Part shown: piece by piece, positions 8,781 through 18,971 of the stretch
How positions within the stretch are numbered: the first letter of the stretch is position 1
Layout: each line of letters begins with the position of its first letter
Source of the DNA: Opitutaceae bacterium
GTDB taxonomy: Bacteria; Verrucomicrobiota; Verrucomicrobiia; Opitutales; Opitutaceae
Direction: 5' to 3'
Assembly: GCA_041479395.1 (NCBI GenBank)
Contig: JBGOXZ010000001.1
Location: forward strand, 1-53,835
DNA length: 53,835 nt
Notes under the pieces: generated by a model
Told to the model about the DNA's origin: nothing
What the model saw: only the letters and a program-made list of their open reading frames with translations
The model's database searches: none
Translations under genes and position numbers: made by a program

Positions 8781-10079
8781 ATGAACTTCAAAGGACTCGG
8801 AACCAAGGCCCTTCACGCCGGCCAGACGCCGGACCCCACGACCGGCGCGCGCGCCGTTCCCCTCTACCAGACGACGAGCTACGTCTTCCGCGACACCGAG
8901 CACGCCGCGAACCTTTTTGCGCTGAAAGAGCTCGGCAACATCTACACGCGGATCATGAACCCGACGACCGACGTCTTCGAACAGCGGATGGCCGCGCTTG
9001 AAGGCGGCTCCGGCGCGCTCGCCCATGCGTCGGGCCAGGCGGCGATCACCGACGCCATCCTCAATATCGCCGGCGCGGGCGATCATCTCGTCTCCGTCTC
9101 GCAGCTCTACGGCGGCACCTACAACCTTTTCCACTACACCCTGCCCAAGATCGGCATCGAGGTCTCGTTCGTCGATGCGCAGGATCCGGACGCCTTTCGC
9201 AAGGCCGTTCGACCGAACACCAAGGCGTTCTACGGCGAGGGCCTCGGCAATCCGGCGTTGAACATCTTCCCCTTTGAAGAGGTCGGCAAAATCGCCCGTG
9301 AGGTCGGCGTGCCGGTCATCATCGACAACACGTGCCTGACGCCGATGCTCAACCGCCCGTTCGAATGGGGCACCAACGTCGTGGTCCACAGTTCCACCAA
9401 GTACATCGGCGGCCACGGCACGTCCATCGGCGGCATCGTGGTCGACGGCGGCAACTTCAACTGGAGCAACGGCCGGTTCCCCGGGTTCACCACGCCCGAT
9501 CCGAGCTACCACGGCCTCGTGCACTGGGAGGCGTTCAAGAGCTTCCCGCCCGCCGGCGGGGCCAACATCGCCTACATTTTCAAGATGCGGCTGCAGCTCC
9601 TGCGCGACATCGGCGCCTGCATCAGCCCGTTCAATTCCTTTCTCATGCTGCAGGGGCTCGAAACGCTGCACCTGCGCATGGAGCGGATCTGCCAGAACGC
9701 CCTGAAGACGGCCGAATTCCTCGCGGCGCACTCGAAGGTCCAGTGGATCAACTATCCCGGTCTCAAGACCAGTCCCCACCACGCCGCGGCGAAGAAGTAC
9801 CTGCACGGCGGCTTCGGCGGCCTGCTCGGCTTCGGCGTGAAGGGCGGCTTCGAGGCGGGCAAGAAACTCATCGAGTCGCTCCAGCTCTTCTCGCACCTCG
9901 CCAACATCGGCGACGCCAAGTCGCTCGCCATTCATCCCGCCAGCACGACGCACAGCCAGCTCACGCCCGAAGAGCAGGTCTCCACCGGCGTCTCGCCCGA
10001 CTACGTGCGCCTCTCACTTGGAACGGAGGACTTCGTCGACCTCCAAGCCGACCTCGAACAGGCGTTGGCCAGGGTTTGA
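8781..10079 (+). CDS. metY: O-acetylhomoserine sulfhydrylase / aminocarboxypropyltransferase (PLP-dependent)
   Basis: Motifs [28 protein letters not shown], the PLP-lysine motif [11 protein letters not shown], and [16 protein letters not shown]. The ATG at 8781 is preferred over the GTG at 8772. Confidence 0.9.
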   Translation: MNFKGLGTKALHAGQTPDPTTGARAVPLYQTTSYVFRDTEHAANLFALKELGNIYTRIMNPTTDVFEQRMAALEGGSGALAHASGQAAITDAILNIAGAGDHLVSVSQLYGGTYNLFHYTLPKIGIEVSFVDAQDPDAFRKAVRPNTKAFYGEGLGNPALNIFPFEEVGKIAREVGVPVIIDNTCLTPMLNRPFEWGTNVVVHSSTKYIGGHGTSIGGIVVDGGNFNWSNGRFPGFTTPDPSYHGLVHWEAFKSFPPAGGANIAYIFKMRLQLLRDIGACISPFNSFLMLQGLETLHLRMERICQNALKTAEFLAAHSKVQWINYPGLKTSPHHAAAKKYLHGGFGGLLGFGVKGGFEAGKKLIESLQLFSHLANIGDAKSLAIHPASTTHSQLTPEEQVSTGVSPDYVRLSLGTEDFVDLQADLEQALARV

Positions 10080-10093
10080 CGCGGCACCGGCGC

Positions 10094-13000
10094 TTAGAAG
10101 AGCTCCAGCTGCCGTGTCCGCGGCGTGGTTGGAGCCTCCTCCCTCTGCCGGTCGAGCAGGCTTTCGCGGATGGCCTGGAGGAAGGGCGAAGGGGCGCGGG
10201 CGCGGAAATCGCCGCGCCAGTGGCGGCGGCGGGCATGCGTCAGAAAGAGCCGATCCCGGGCGCGGGTGAGGCCCACGAAAAAAAGCCGCCGTTCCTCGGC
10301 AATGTCGGTCTCCCCGGCATCGTCGAACCTGAACCGGTGCGGCAGCAATCCGTCCTCGCAGCCGACGAGAAAGACCACCCGGAATTCGAGCCCCTTGGCG
10401 GCGTGCAGGGTGAGCAGAGAAACCCGCTCGGCACGCGGATCGTGGAGGTCGATGTCGACGCCAAGCGCCAATTCGTTCACGAACGCGTCGAAGTCGGCGC
10501 CGTGTTGCCCGGCGAGCGGGAGGAGTGCGTCGGTGATGGCGCGGAGATCGGGATCCGGTGTTCCCGCCCGGGCCAGTTCGGCGGCGGTGGCGGCAAGGTG
10601 ATCGGCCACGAGGACGCCGGGCGGACGTGATTTGAGCCGGGCGAGCAGCGCCTGCACCGTCGGATGCTCACCCAGCGGCGCATGGGTCCGTTTCTGGAAC
10701 GGGATGCCGGAGCGCACGAACGCCTCCACGAGGGGCGGCGTCTGCGCGTCGGTGCGATAGAGAACGGCGAAATCGTTGAACGCCCAGGTCGGCGAAGCGG
10801 CGCCGCTGGCGCGGCCCGTGTCGAACGAGGTGAGGCTCGTGCCGCCCACGAGCCGCTCGATGGTGGCGACGACGAATTCGGCCTCCGCGCGCTCGGTGGC
10901 GCATTCGCGGAGCGTGACGCGACTGGCATCGCCTGTCTGGGCGCGCAGGGCACGGTCGCGCACGAGGGTGGTGGGGGCAATGGCTTGCAGCGCGGCATCG
11001 ACAATGGTGCGGGTGGATCGGTAATTGCGCGTGAGCGAGATGACACGGGCCGTCGGGTAATCCGACTGAAATTGGCGGAAGAAGCGCGTGTCGGTGCCCC
11101 GGAAACCGTAGATCGCCTGGTCGGGATCGCCGATGACGCAGAGCGAACAGCGATTCCCTCGATCACGCGCGGGCTGGGCGTCTGCCGCCGCCAACAGCCG
11201 CACGAGCTGATACTGGTGCGCGTCAATGTCCTGATACTCATCGATCGAGAGATGCGGCCAACGCTCCCGGTAGCGCGCGGCGAGATCAGGATGCGCCGCG
11301 AGCAGTGAGACCGGCAGCAAAATCAAATCGTGGAAATCCACCAGGCCGCGGGCCCGAAGCGCACGCTCATACGCTTCCGGGCGCGCCGCATGATCGGAAA
11401 TCAGCCGGCGCACCTCGACCGCCGACACGCCCAGCGTCTCCCGGGCGACTGCGATCGCCTCGGATTCGCCGGCCACGCGCAGCGACGCCCCCAGGTCAAG
11501 CTTTTCCTCTTGTTCCCGGAGGATGATCAGGCCGAGGGCGTGGAATGTTGTCACCAACACGCGGGAACTCCGGCTGTCGGGCAGCAGCGAGGCGAGGCGC
11601 GCGCGCATTTCGCCGGCGGCGCGGCGGGTGAAGGTAATGGCAAGACACGCTTCGGGCGCGGCATCATGGTCAACAATCAAATGGGCGATGCGGTGGGTAA
11701 GCGTGCGTGTTTTGCCCGTGCCGGGTCCGGCGATGATGAGCAAAGGACCGTTGACGATCTCCACCGCGGCGCGCTGATCGGCGTCAAGTCCGGCAAGCAC
11801 GGGGAAAACCGATGGAGCCACCGACGGTACCTCCGGCTTCGCCGGGGCTTGGACAGCCAGGGAGGATGCGGACGGGGATGCCGGGTCACTCACTGCATGG
11901 TCCACCGGGATTTCCGCACCGGCCGTGGCTCCGGTCCGCCGTCGCCTCCGTCCTGAGTTTGCAGGTTTGAGTCCCGCCGGTTCCGGCAACTCGAACAAGA
12001 GACTGATCGATTTTCCGCTTTCGAGTTCGCCCGGTTTGAACAGGCGAATGGCGCCGTATTCGCCGTCGTAGCCTCCTTCGCGGATGACCTCACCGGCGCG
12101 CAGGCGGCGGACGGCCTCGGCGAGGAACGGCGTGGCGACCCGGCCGATCTCGTCGAGCGGTGCCTCACCGAGAATCGCCAGTTCGGGTCCGAGGCGCGCG
12201 ACCAGCTGCTCGTAGCCGCCCTGCACGGTCTTGCTTTTCGGACCGGTCCGCGCGAGTTCGCCGAGTATCTCGGGGAGTGGAACGAAGCTGCGGAAAGGCG
12301 CGGCGGTGGGGGGCGGTTTCCCCTCGGTGCGATCGGCGAGTTCGAGCACGCGGTTGAGCACGCCGATGGTGAGCGGCGCGCCGCAGACCGGACATTTGTT
12401 GCCGAGGCGGCGCGACTCCTCGGGCTCGCAGCGGAAGCCGCAGCTGCGGTGGCCGTCCATGTGATACTTCCCCTCTTCGGGATAAAACTCGATGGTGCCA
12501 CCGTAGCCGGTGCCGGTCGCGAGCGCGTTCTTGATCGCGAAGTAATCGAGCGCGCAGTCGAAGCGGCAGGCTTCACGGCCGAGGTTGCCGGGGGAATGCG
12601 CGTCGGAGTTGGAGACGAGACGGAAGCGATCAAGCATCGAGAGCCGCCAGTTCATGGGCGGATCGGATGAGAGACCCGTCTCCACGGCGAAGATGTGCGG
12701 GGAAAGGTCGCCATAGCATTCCTCGAAGATGTCGAAGCCCGATTTGGAGCCGAAAACGGAAAACCACGGCGTCCAGATGTGCGCGGGAATGAGGTAACAA
12801 CCCTCGCCGGCGGAAAGGCAGAGATCGAGAAGGTCGCGTGAATTCAGGCCGAGAATGGGGCGGCCGTCCGACGCGAGATTGCCGATACGCGCCAAGCGGC
12901 CCACCATCTGTTCGGCGCGGTCGAGATCAGGCGCGTAGAGCAGATGGTGCACTTTGCGCACCCGGTCGCCCTGCTTGTAGATGGTGGAGATCTCCACCTC

Positions 13001-13276
13001 CAACAGGAAACGGACCGGCGCGGCGGCCGCGGCGCAGGGACCCAGTTCGGCGGCCACGGCCGCCTCCAGGTCGTCGCGCAGACGGAAGAGGCCCGGTTCG
13101 GCGGGGACCAGTTCCTCTTTAATGGAAGCCATCCAGGCGGGATGCGTGAAATCGCCCGTGCCGACGACCGTAACGCCTTTCTTTTTCGCCCAAAGCGTCA
13201 GGTGGTAAAGGTCGAGCTCACCGCTCGTCGCACGCGAATACTTCGAGTGGATGTGAAGATCGGCGTAGAAGGGCAT
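10094..13276 (-). CDS. fusion protein: N-terminal EndoQ-like PHP nuclease (TIGR00375-type) plus C-terminal UvrD/PcrA-type SF1 helicase
   Basis: N-terminal half: FYADLHIHSKYS, IPAHIWTPWF, VSNSDAHS, FYPEEGKYHMDGHRSCGF, NKCPVCGAPLTIGV. C-terminal half: IIAGPGTGKT, AITFTRRAA, SIDEYQD, GDPDQAIYGFRG, LTRNYRST, TLHAAKGLEF, FVGLTRARDRL. The start is set at ATG 13276 (MPFYADLH), because the 183 upstream codons of the track ORF overlap yjbQ on the other strand. Confidence 0.85.
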   Translation of the reverse strand: MPFYADLHIHSKYSRATSGELDLYHLTLWAKKKGVTVVGTGDFTHPAWMASIKEELVPAEPGLFRLRDDLEAAVAAELGPCAAAAAPVRFLLEVEISTIYKQGDRVRKVHHLLYAPDLDRAEQMVGRLARIGNLASDGRPILGLNSRDLLDLCLSAGEGCYLIPAHIWTPWFSVFGSKSGFDIFEECYGDLSPHIFAVETGLSSDPPMNWRLSMLDRFRLVSNSDAHSPGNLGREACRFDCALDYFAIKNALATGTGYGGTIEFYPEEGKYHMDGHRSCGFRCEPEESRRLGNKCPVCGAPLTIGVLNRVLELADRTEGKPPPTAAPFRSFVPLPEILGELARTGPKSKTVQGGYEQLVARLGPELAILGEAPLDEIGRVATPFLAEAVRRLRAGEVIREGGYDGEYGAIRLFKPGELESGKSISLLFELPEPAGLKPANSGRRRRRTGATAGAEIPVDHAVSDPASPSASSLAVQAPAKPEVPSVAPSVFPVLAGLDADQRAAVEIVNGPLLIIAGPGTGKTRTLTHRIAHLIVDHDAAPEACLAITFTRRAAGEMRARLASLLPDSRSSRVLVTTFHALGLIILREQEEKLDLGASLRVAGESEAIAVARETLGVSAVEVRRLISDHAARPEAYERALRARGLVDFHDLILLPVSLLAAHPDLAARYRERWPHLSIDEYQDIDAHQYQLVRLLAAADAQPARDRGNRCSLCVIGDPDQAIYGFRGTDTRFFRQFQSDYPTARVISLTRNYRSTRTIVDAALQAIAPTTLVRDRALRAQTGDASRVTLRECATERAEAEFVVATIERLVGGTSLTSFDTGRASGAASPTWAFNDFAVLYRTDAQTPPLVEAFVRSGIPFQKRTHAPLGEHPTVQALLARLKSRPPGVLVADHLAATAAELARAGTPDPDLRAITDALLPLAGQHGADFDAFVNELALGVDIDLHDPRAERVSLLTLHAAKGLEFRVVFLVGCEDGLLPHRFRFDDAGETDIAEERRLFFVGLTRARDRLFLTHARRRHWRGDFRARAPSPFLQAIRESLLDRQREEAPTTPRTRQLELF

Positions 13277-13396
13277 CACTGGGGGCAAGGAAAGGATCGG
13301 ACCGACCCCGGAAGGAGGTGCTGAGGGAAACGGGAAGCGCCAGAACTGACTTCCCCTGTGCTCCTGATTCCCCCATGAATCAAACTCCGATTTACC

Positions 13397-13816
13397 ATGA
13401 AATCGTATCGCAAAGAGCTTTGGTTTGAGGTCCCGCGGCGGCGCGCCTTTCTCAACATCACCCCGCAGATCGAGACCGCGCTGGCCGAGAGTGGCATCCG
13501 GGAGGGCATCTGCCTTGTGAATGCCATGCACATCACCGCAAGCGTGTTCATCAACGACGATGAACCGGGCTTGCACGCCGACTTCGAGCGATGGCTGGAA
13601 AGGCTGGCCCCGGAGAAACCTTACTCTGCCTACGACCACAACCGCACAGGTGAAGACAATGCCGACGCCCACCTCAAGCGTACGATCATGGGCCGCGAAG
13701 CCGTCATCGCCGTAACCGCTGGCCGGCTTGACTTTGGTCCGTGGGAACAGGTCTTCTATGGCGAGTTCGACGGTGTGCGGCGCAAACGAGTGCTGTTGAA
13801 GATCGTCGGCGATTGA
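13397..13816 (+). CDS. yjbQ: YjbQ/UPF0047 family protein (secondary thiamine-phosphate synthase-like)
   Basis: 139 aa. [51 protein letters not shown] and [14 protein letters not shown] fit the YjbQ family pattern. Confidence 0.8.
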   Translation: MKSYRKELWFEVPRRRAFLNITPQIETALAESGIREGICLVNAMHITASVFINDDEPGLHADFERWLERLAPEKPYSAYDHNRTGEDNADAHLKRTIMGREAVIAVTAGRLDFGPWEQVFYGEFDGVRRKRVLLKIVGD

Positions 13817-13876
13817 CGGACTCAAACCGGTCGAACTTGTGAGCCTGGCAGGTGTTTCTTTGACTCCACCGATCCG

Positions 13877-13925
13877 GAGCTGCGCAGTGTTTCCGCAGCT
13901 TTTGCCAGTTTCTTTTTGCTTTTTC
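13877..13925 (+). terminator. rho-independent terminator after yjbQ
   Basis: Stem AGCTGCG / CGCAGCT (13878-13884 / 13894-13900) with a 9-nt loop, followed by TTTGCCAGTTTCTTTTTGCTTTTTC. Confidence 0.6.
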
Positions 13926-14165
13926 TGCTTACGTAACTCGTTGATAAACGTAGAAAGCGGATTACGCCATAGAGGCCAGTTCTAATCGATCTTGGCGCGA
14001 ATTTAGCCTGTTTTGGGCCATTTTTTGCCCGATTTTGGCCACATTTGTGTGGCAAGAAGATTTTCTTCGAAGTCCGGTGTTGCCACCGGAGCCAAACTAA
14101 TTTTGAACGCTGGGCTTCCCAATACCAACTAACCAGAGTACCCCTAACCTAACCAAGGCCCCGTT

Positions 14166-14663
14166 TTGGACCTCAAGCAGATCAAGCAGATCATCGACCT
14201 AATGAAGCGCTCCGAACTCACCGAGTTCGCCGTGGAAGAAGAGGGCTTCAAACTCAAGATACGCCGGGGTACCAATGGCGTGCCGGTGATTACGTCCAGC
14301 GCCGGGTTGACCGCGCCCTTCGTGGCGGGGCCGGACGCGTCGGCCGCTTCAGCCACCACTCCCGCGGCTGCGGCCACCGCGGGGCTGTTCTCTGCGGCTG
14401 GCGGAGACAAGGAAGAGCCGGGCATCAGCTACATCAAAGCCCCCATGGTGGGCACATTCTACCGGGCACCCTCGCCCGAAAGCCCGCCATTTGTCGAGGT
14501 CAACGCCAAGGTTTCCGAGAATTCCGTGGTCTGCATTATCGAGGCCATGAAGATCATGAATGAAATTCAGGCCGAGGCGAAGGGGACGGTGGTGGAGATT
14601 CTCGTCGAAAACGGTCAACCGGTCGAATACGGCCAGCGCCTGTTCAAAATCAAGCAGGGCTGA
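14166..14663 (+). CDS. accB: acetyl-CoA carboxylase biotin carboxyl carrier protein
   Basis: Ala/Pro-rich linker followed by the biotinyl-lysine motif [18 protein letters not shown] start codon. Lies directly upstream of accC. Confidence 0.9.
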   Translation: MDLKQIKQIIDLMKRSELTEFAVEEEGFKLKIRRGTNGVPVITSSAGLTAPFVAGPDASAASATTPAAAATAGLFSAAGGDKEEPGISYIKAPMVGTFYRAPSPESPPFVEVNAKVSENSVVCIIEAMKIMNEIQAEAKGTVVEILVENGQPVEYGQRLFKIKQG

Positions 14664-14745
14664 GGGGCAGCCGACCCTTACGATTTCCGTCACCCGGCTG
14701 TTCACGCGGCGGTATCGCAGATGAGCGCCAGTGGTTTCCTTGTTT

Positions 14746-16107
14746 ATGATCCAAAAGATCCTCATTGCCAATCGCGGTGAAATCGCCCTCCGGATCGTCC
14801 GTGCCTGCCGTGAACTGGGCATCAAGACTCTTGCCGTCTACTCGGAGGCCGATGTCCAGTCGCTCCATGTGCAACTGGCCGACGAAGCCATCTGCATTGG
14901 CGGCCCCAAGAGCTCGGAAAGCTACATGCGTGCGGATCGCATCATCAGTGCGGCTGAGATTGCCGATGTCGATGCCATCCATCCTGGCTATGGTTTTCTT
15001 TCCGAGGACAGCAAGTTCGCGGAGCAGTGTGAATCATGTAACATCAAGTTCATTGGCCCCAAGTCGCAGAGCATAAAGATCATGGGAGACAAGGCGGTGG
15101 CAAGGGACACCGTGCGAAAAGCCGGTGTTCCCACCGTGCCGGGTTCCGATGGCCCCATCGACTCTGAAGGCGAGGCGGTGAAGATAGCCCGCAAGATCGG
15201 TTATCCGATCATCATCAAAGCCGTGGCGGGCGGCGGCGGGCGCGGCATGCGAATCGCCCACAACGACGTCTCCTTCGCCAAGGAATACCACGTCGCTCGG
15301 GCGGAGGCCGAAAAAACCTTCGGCAATGGCTCCGTTTACATCGAGAAATACATCCAGAGTCCCCGGCACATCGAATTTCAGATTCTCGCCGACAGCCATG
15401 GCAAGGTGCTGCATCTTGGCGAGCGCGACTGCTCCGTACAACGCCGCCACCAGAAGCTGATCGAAGAGTCGCCGTCCCCTTTTCTCACCTCCGATCTCCG
15501 CAAGCGCATGGGCAAGGCTGCCGTGCGTGCCGCCGAGGCCGCCAAATATGAGAACGCCGGCACGATCGAATTCATCGTCGATGCCCACGGCGAGTTCTAC
15601 TTCATCGAGATGAACACCCGCATCCAGGTCGAACATCCGGTCACCGAGGAGGTCACCGGCATCGATCTGATCAAGGAGCAGATTCGCATCGCCTCGGGTG
15701 AAAAGCTCAATTTCGACCAGAAAGACATCGAGTTTCGGGGCCATGCGATCGAATGCCGAATCAACGCCGAGGACCCTGCCCGCAACTTTACTCCATCACC
15801 GGGTACCATCGGCCTCTATTACGCCCCAGGCGGGCACGGCGTGCGGGTCGATTCGCACGTTTACAGCGGTTATACCATCCCACCGTACTACGATTCGATG
15901 ATCGGCAAGCTCATCGCACATGGCGACAACCGACAAACGGCCTTGGAGCGCATGTATCGGGCGCTGAGCGAATATCTCATTCGCGGCATCAAGACTACGA
16001 TCCCGCTGCACAAGGCCATCCTGAGCGATCCCGTTTTCATTGCGGGCAAAGCCACCACGGCCTATCTCGAGGAATTCCTCAGCCGCACGCCGCCGGATCT
16101 GTTTTGA
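14746..16107 (+). CDS. accC: acetyl-CoA carboxylase biotin carboxylase subunit
   Basis: [56 protein letters not shown] at 14746, 5 codons inside the track ORF. Confidence 0.95.
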   Translation: MIQKILIANRGEIALRIVRACRELGIKTLAVYSEADVQSLHVQLADEAICIGGPKSSESYMRADRIISAAEIADVDAIHPGYGFLSEDSKFAEQCESCNIKFIGPKSQSIKIMGDKAVARDTVRKAGVPTVPGSDGPIDSEGEAVKIARKIGYPIIIKAVAGGGGRGMRIAHNDVSFAKEYHVARAEAEKTFGNGSVYIEKYIQSPRHIEFQILADSHGKVLHLGERDCSVQRRHQKLIEESPSPFLTSDLRKRMGKAAVRAAEAAKYENAGTIEFIVDAHGEFYFIEMNTRIQVEHPVTEEVTGIDLIKEQIRIASGEKLNFDQKDIEFRGHAIECRINAEDPARNFTPSPGTIGLYYAPGGHGVRVDSHVYSGYTIPPYYDSMIGKLIAHGDNRQTALERMYRALSEYLIRGIKTTIPLHKAILSDPVFIAGKATTAYLEEFLSRTPPDLF

Positions 16108-16500
16108 GCCAGCAGGCGCATCGTACCGCGTGCAATCCGCCGCTTGGTGCAGCCCGTTGAATCCTGCCCATTCCGCCGCCCGCGGCAGAGCTCACGAGGT
16201 TCGAGCGGCACGAATCGAACCAGCCGTTCACTCAGACATCGCCGGCTTGCTGATCCTCACGCACCATCCCGCGCAGTTCTCTCAAGACTTCGGCCATTGC
16301 CCACGATCCACTCCCCTGTGAGAAATGCAAAGATGTTTGGTAATCACCTGTAGAACTGGAAGTTACATCGCTATATTCAACAGGTTTGACGCTGCTTGCC
16401 CAACCCGGTAAACGTTTTGTCAAAAATTGGCGTTAACGATACTTTTGGGTTCATCTAAGGGACATGCCCTACCATACATTCTAGTTCCCGATCCAGCGCC

Positions 16501-16965
16501 ATGAAACCCGCCCCAAGAATCAACTCCGGCTTCACGCTGATCGAAGTGGCGTTGGCGTCCACGATTCTGTTGGTGGGATTCATCGGGATGATTGAGGCGT
16601 TAGCCATTGGTTCAGAGATGCTTGATACCGCACGCAAGCAGACCATCGCTGCACAAATCATGCAGGCGGAAATCGAATACCTGCGGCTGCAGAGTTGGAC
16701 CGCCATCCAAGGTCTGACTTCCAGGAGCCCTGACTTTCTCAGCAACTATCCCGACTTCCAGCAGACCAGCCCGTCTGGTTTGGCCTCATTCGCCAGCACC
16801 TCATTCAAGTTTTCCCGGCAGATGGCGAATCCCGACCCGCACCCGAATATCCGCCAGGTCACTATGACCGTCAGTTGGACCAGCATCACTGGGAAGCCAC
16901 ACTCGCGCAGCAGCAACGTCTACATCGGCAGATACGGTCTCAATGTATCTTACCAGAAATCATAG
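16501..16965 (+). CDS. prepilin-type minor pseudopilin, GspI/PilV-like
   Basis: Class-III leader MKPAPRINS-GFTLIEVALASTILLVGFIGM (G-1, F+1, E+5). 154 aa. Confidence 0.7.
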   Translation: MKPAPRINSGFTLIEVALASTILLVGFIGMIEALAIGSEMLDTARKQTIAAQIMQAEIEYLRLQSWTAIQGLTSRSPDFLSNYPDFQQTSPSGLASFASTSFKFSRQMANPDPHPNIRQVTMTVSWTSITGKPHSRSSNVYIGRYGLNVSYQKS

Positions 16966-17587
16966 CGCCGCGGACGCCCGGTCCGCCCAAGGCTTCAGCT
17001 TTGTGGAGTTGATGGTCGCCATGAGCATAACCATGGTGGTGATCGCCGCTTTGCTTTCGAGTTACATTTTTCTCGGCCGCAATCTCGTTCGCTATTCCAA
17101 CCAGCAACAACTCGAAGCACAGAGTCGCCGGGCACTGCAACTGCTCGGTCAGGATGTGCGCATGGCGCAAGATGTCAGCTGCGCGGGCACAGTCCCCTAC
17201 AACCCGAACGATGCCAGCTGGCAGACCATGCCGACCGCCAATCAGGTGACGTTATACTTGAGCGTACCCAACGGCACCAATCCCCCGTACAACTACACGG
17301 TAAAGTACACTTACGATGCAAACGCCCGGACGCTGACGCGCACCATTTCCGGCACGCCTCCACCCAACATCAACAGCAACCCACTCACCCTGCTCACCGG
17401 CGTAACCAATTTCAGTTTTAACTATCTCGACAAACAGGCCCGTCCCGCTGGCAATCAACTCAGCGTCAAACAAATCGAGGTGCCTGCTTTCACCACCGGC
17501 ACTGGCACGGCCCGATCGGGCACGTGGGCGCGCTTCACCGCCGCCTCCGCGCGATTGGTCCTGCGCAACAAACACCTCATCAGGTGA
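16943..17587 (+). CDS. prepilin-type minor pseudopilin, GspJ/PilW-like
   Basis: Leader ..ARSAQ-GFSFVELMVAMSITMVVIAALL. 214 aa. Overlaps the previous gene by 23 nt. Confidence 0.65.
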   Translation: MYLTRNHSAADARSAQGFSFVELMVAMSITMVVIAALLSSYIFLGRNLVRYSNQQQLEAQSRRALQLLGQDVRMAQDVSCAGTVPYNPNDASWQTMPTANQVTLYLSVPNGTNPPYNYTVKYTYDANARTLTRTISGTPPPNINSNPLTLLTGVTNFSFNYLDKQARPAGNQLSVKQIEVPAFTTGTGTARSGTWARFTAASARLVLRNKHLIR

Positions 17588-17588
17588 C

Positions 17589-18971
17589 GTGAAGCGCCGT
17601 CTTACAGTGCAGCGTGGTTCGGCGGTGCTGGTCGCCCTCTGCCTCACCGTGGTGCTTGGCATTGCCGTGATCGGTTACGTCGCGGTATGCGCGCGCACGA
17701 TGGAAATGAGCAACCGGTCGTTCTGCACCACCAGCAGCGTCCAGCTGGCGGAGATCGGCGTGGAGGAAGCCTTGTGGACGCTCAACAAAGCCAGCCAAGC
17801 TTACGTTGGAGGCTCGAGTTATGGTTGGTCAGGGGCGGGTTGGACGCTGACCACGCCGACGATCAACGGCGTTCCTGTGCCGACGGCGACGAAGACCCTA
17901 ACGGGCTTTGTCAGCAACCGAGGGCTCCAAGGCTCCGTCAACATCAAGATTGAATACTATAGCAACAACAACCTGATTCCACCACTCTGTTACACCCAGC
18001 CACCGACCATCACCTCTGATGGAATTTCCCAGATGCCCGACGGATTTCCGATCGACAAACAGCTCAAACTCACGGCCCGGCCCGCCGCGCTTTTCACCAA
18101 AGCCGTGGGTGCATACACCTCGACGAGTTTCACCATCAATTGGATCTGTCCGCTGGATAGCTACGAGACCCACGTGAATCTGGATCCCGCTTCCTCTCTG
18201 CAGACCCGGAAGGACGAGGCCATCGTCAGTGCCCCTACCGTCAGCGTGAATGCGGCAAACATCTCCGGTTATGTTGCGACGGCCGGGACGGCTCCGACGT
18301 ACACCACGGGCGGAACGGTGAAAAGAGCCGACACGCCTGGCGACGTCACGAGAGACCTCAGATATGTCTTCACTAACGCCAACCAGACTCTTTTCGATAT
18401 TCTCGCGGACGCCAATCTACCCGGCACCTACGCGGGCGCTGTCCCCAGCGGTACCGCCACCCTTAGCCCCACCGTGCTGAGCCGCTATACCGCGACCAAT
18501 CTTTTCCTGACGGGTTGGACCACGCTTACCATTGACGGTCCGGCCATCATCGTAGTTTCGGGCGATTTCTACATAGGAGATACCGCCAAGATTTTGATCA
18601 CCGCCAACGGATCTGCGCAGATCATTGTGGGTGGTTCCACTTATATCGGCGGCGGTGGCGTTGATAACAGGACGAAGCTTCCCAAGAACCTCGCGGTGAT
18701 GAGCAGAAGCGCTGGTTCATACAGCTGGAGTCCCGACGGTTATTACACTGCCAAATTCGAAACCTCCACGCCCTTTTATGGCGTGATTTATGTTCCCAAT
18801 GGTTCGCTCAGCGTGTGCGGCAACCCCACAATCTACGGCGCCCTAGCCGCCAATGTGGTGGACCAACATTATGGAAACGGGGCCATCCATTATGATCTGG
18901 ATCTGCGCAAAGCCGTGTTCTCAACGCTGAACACCCCGTTCGACGTCGCCCAGTGGCTCGTCTCGAATTGA
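17589..18971 (+). CDS. GspK/PilX-like large pseudopilin-associated protein with a beta-solenoid-like C-terminus
   Basis: GTG start 1 nt after the preceding stop. The N-terminal anchor QRGSAVLVALCLTVVLGIAVIGYV is GspK/PilX-type and has no cleavable GF-x-x-x-E. At 460 aa it is larger than typical GspK. Confidence 0.5.
   Translation: MKRRLTVQRGSAVLVALCLTVVLGIAVIGYVAVCARTMEMSNRSFCTTSSVQLAEIGVEEALWTLNKASQAYVGGSSYGWSGAGWTLTTPTINGVPVPTATKTLTGFVSNRGLQGSVNIKIEYYSNNNLIPPLCYTQPPTITSDGISQMPDGFPIDKQLKLTARPAALFTKAVGAYTSTSFTINWICPLDSYETHVNLDPASSLQTRKDEAIVSAPTVSVNAANISGYVATAGTAPTYTTGGTVKRADTPGDVTRDLRYVFTNANQTLFDILADANLPGTYAGAVPSGTATLSPTVLSRYTATNLFLTGWTTLTIDGPAIIVVSGDFYIGDTAKILITANGSAQIIVGGSTYIGGGGVDNRTKLPKNLAVMSRSAGSYSWSPDGYYTAKFETSTPFYGVIYVPNGSLSVCGNPTIYGALAANVVDQHYGNGAIHYDLDLRKAVFSTLNTPFDVAQWLVSN

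Noticed and set aside
13277-13825. 183-codon N-terminal extension of the 1243-aa ORF.
   Set aside because: It overlaps the well-supported yjbQ gene on the other strand. The PHP domain begins right at the Met of MPFYADLHIH, as in EndoQ-type proteins.
13822-14055. 77-aa basic minus-strand ORF in the accB leader.
   Set aside because: It is Lys/Arg/Ser-rich, lies in the A/T-rich promoter region, and has no terminator or motif support.
16198-16221. tRNA T-arm-like GGTTCGA..TCGAACC hairpin after accC.
   Set aside because: There are no acceptor, D or anticodon arms around it and the loop is wrong. It is probably just a weak stem downstream of accC.
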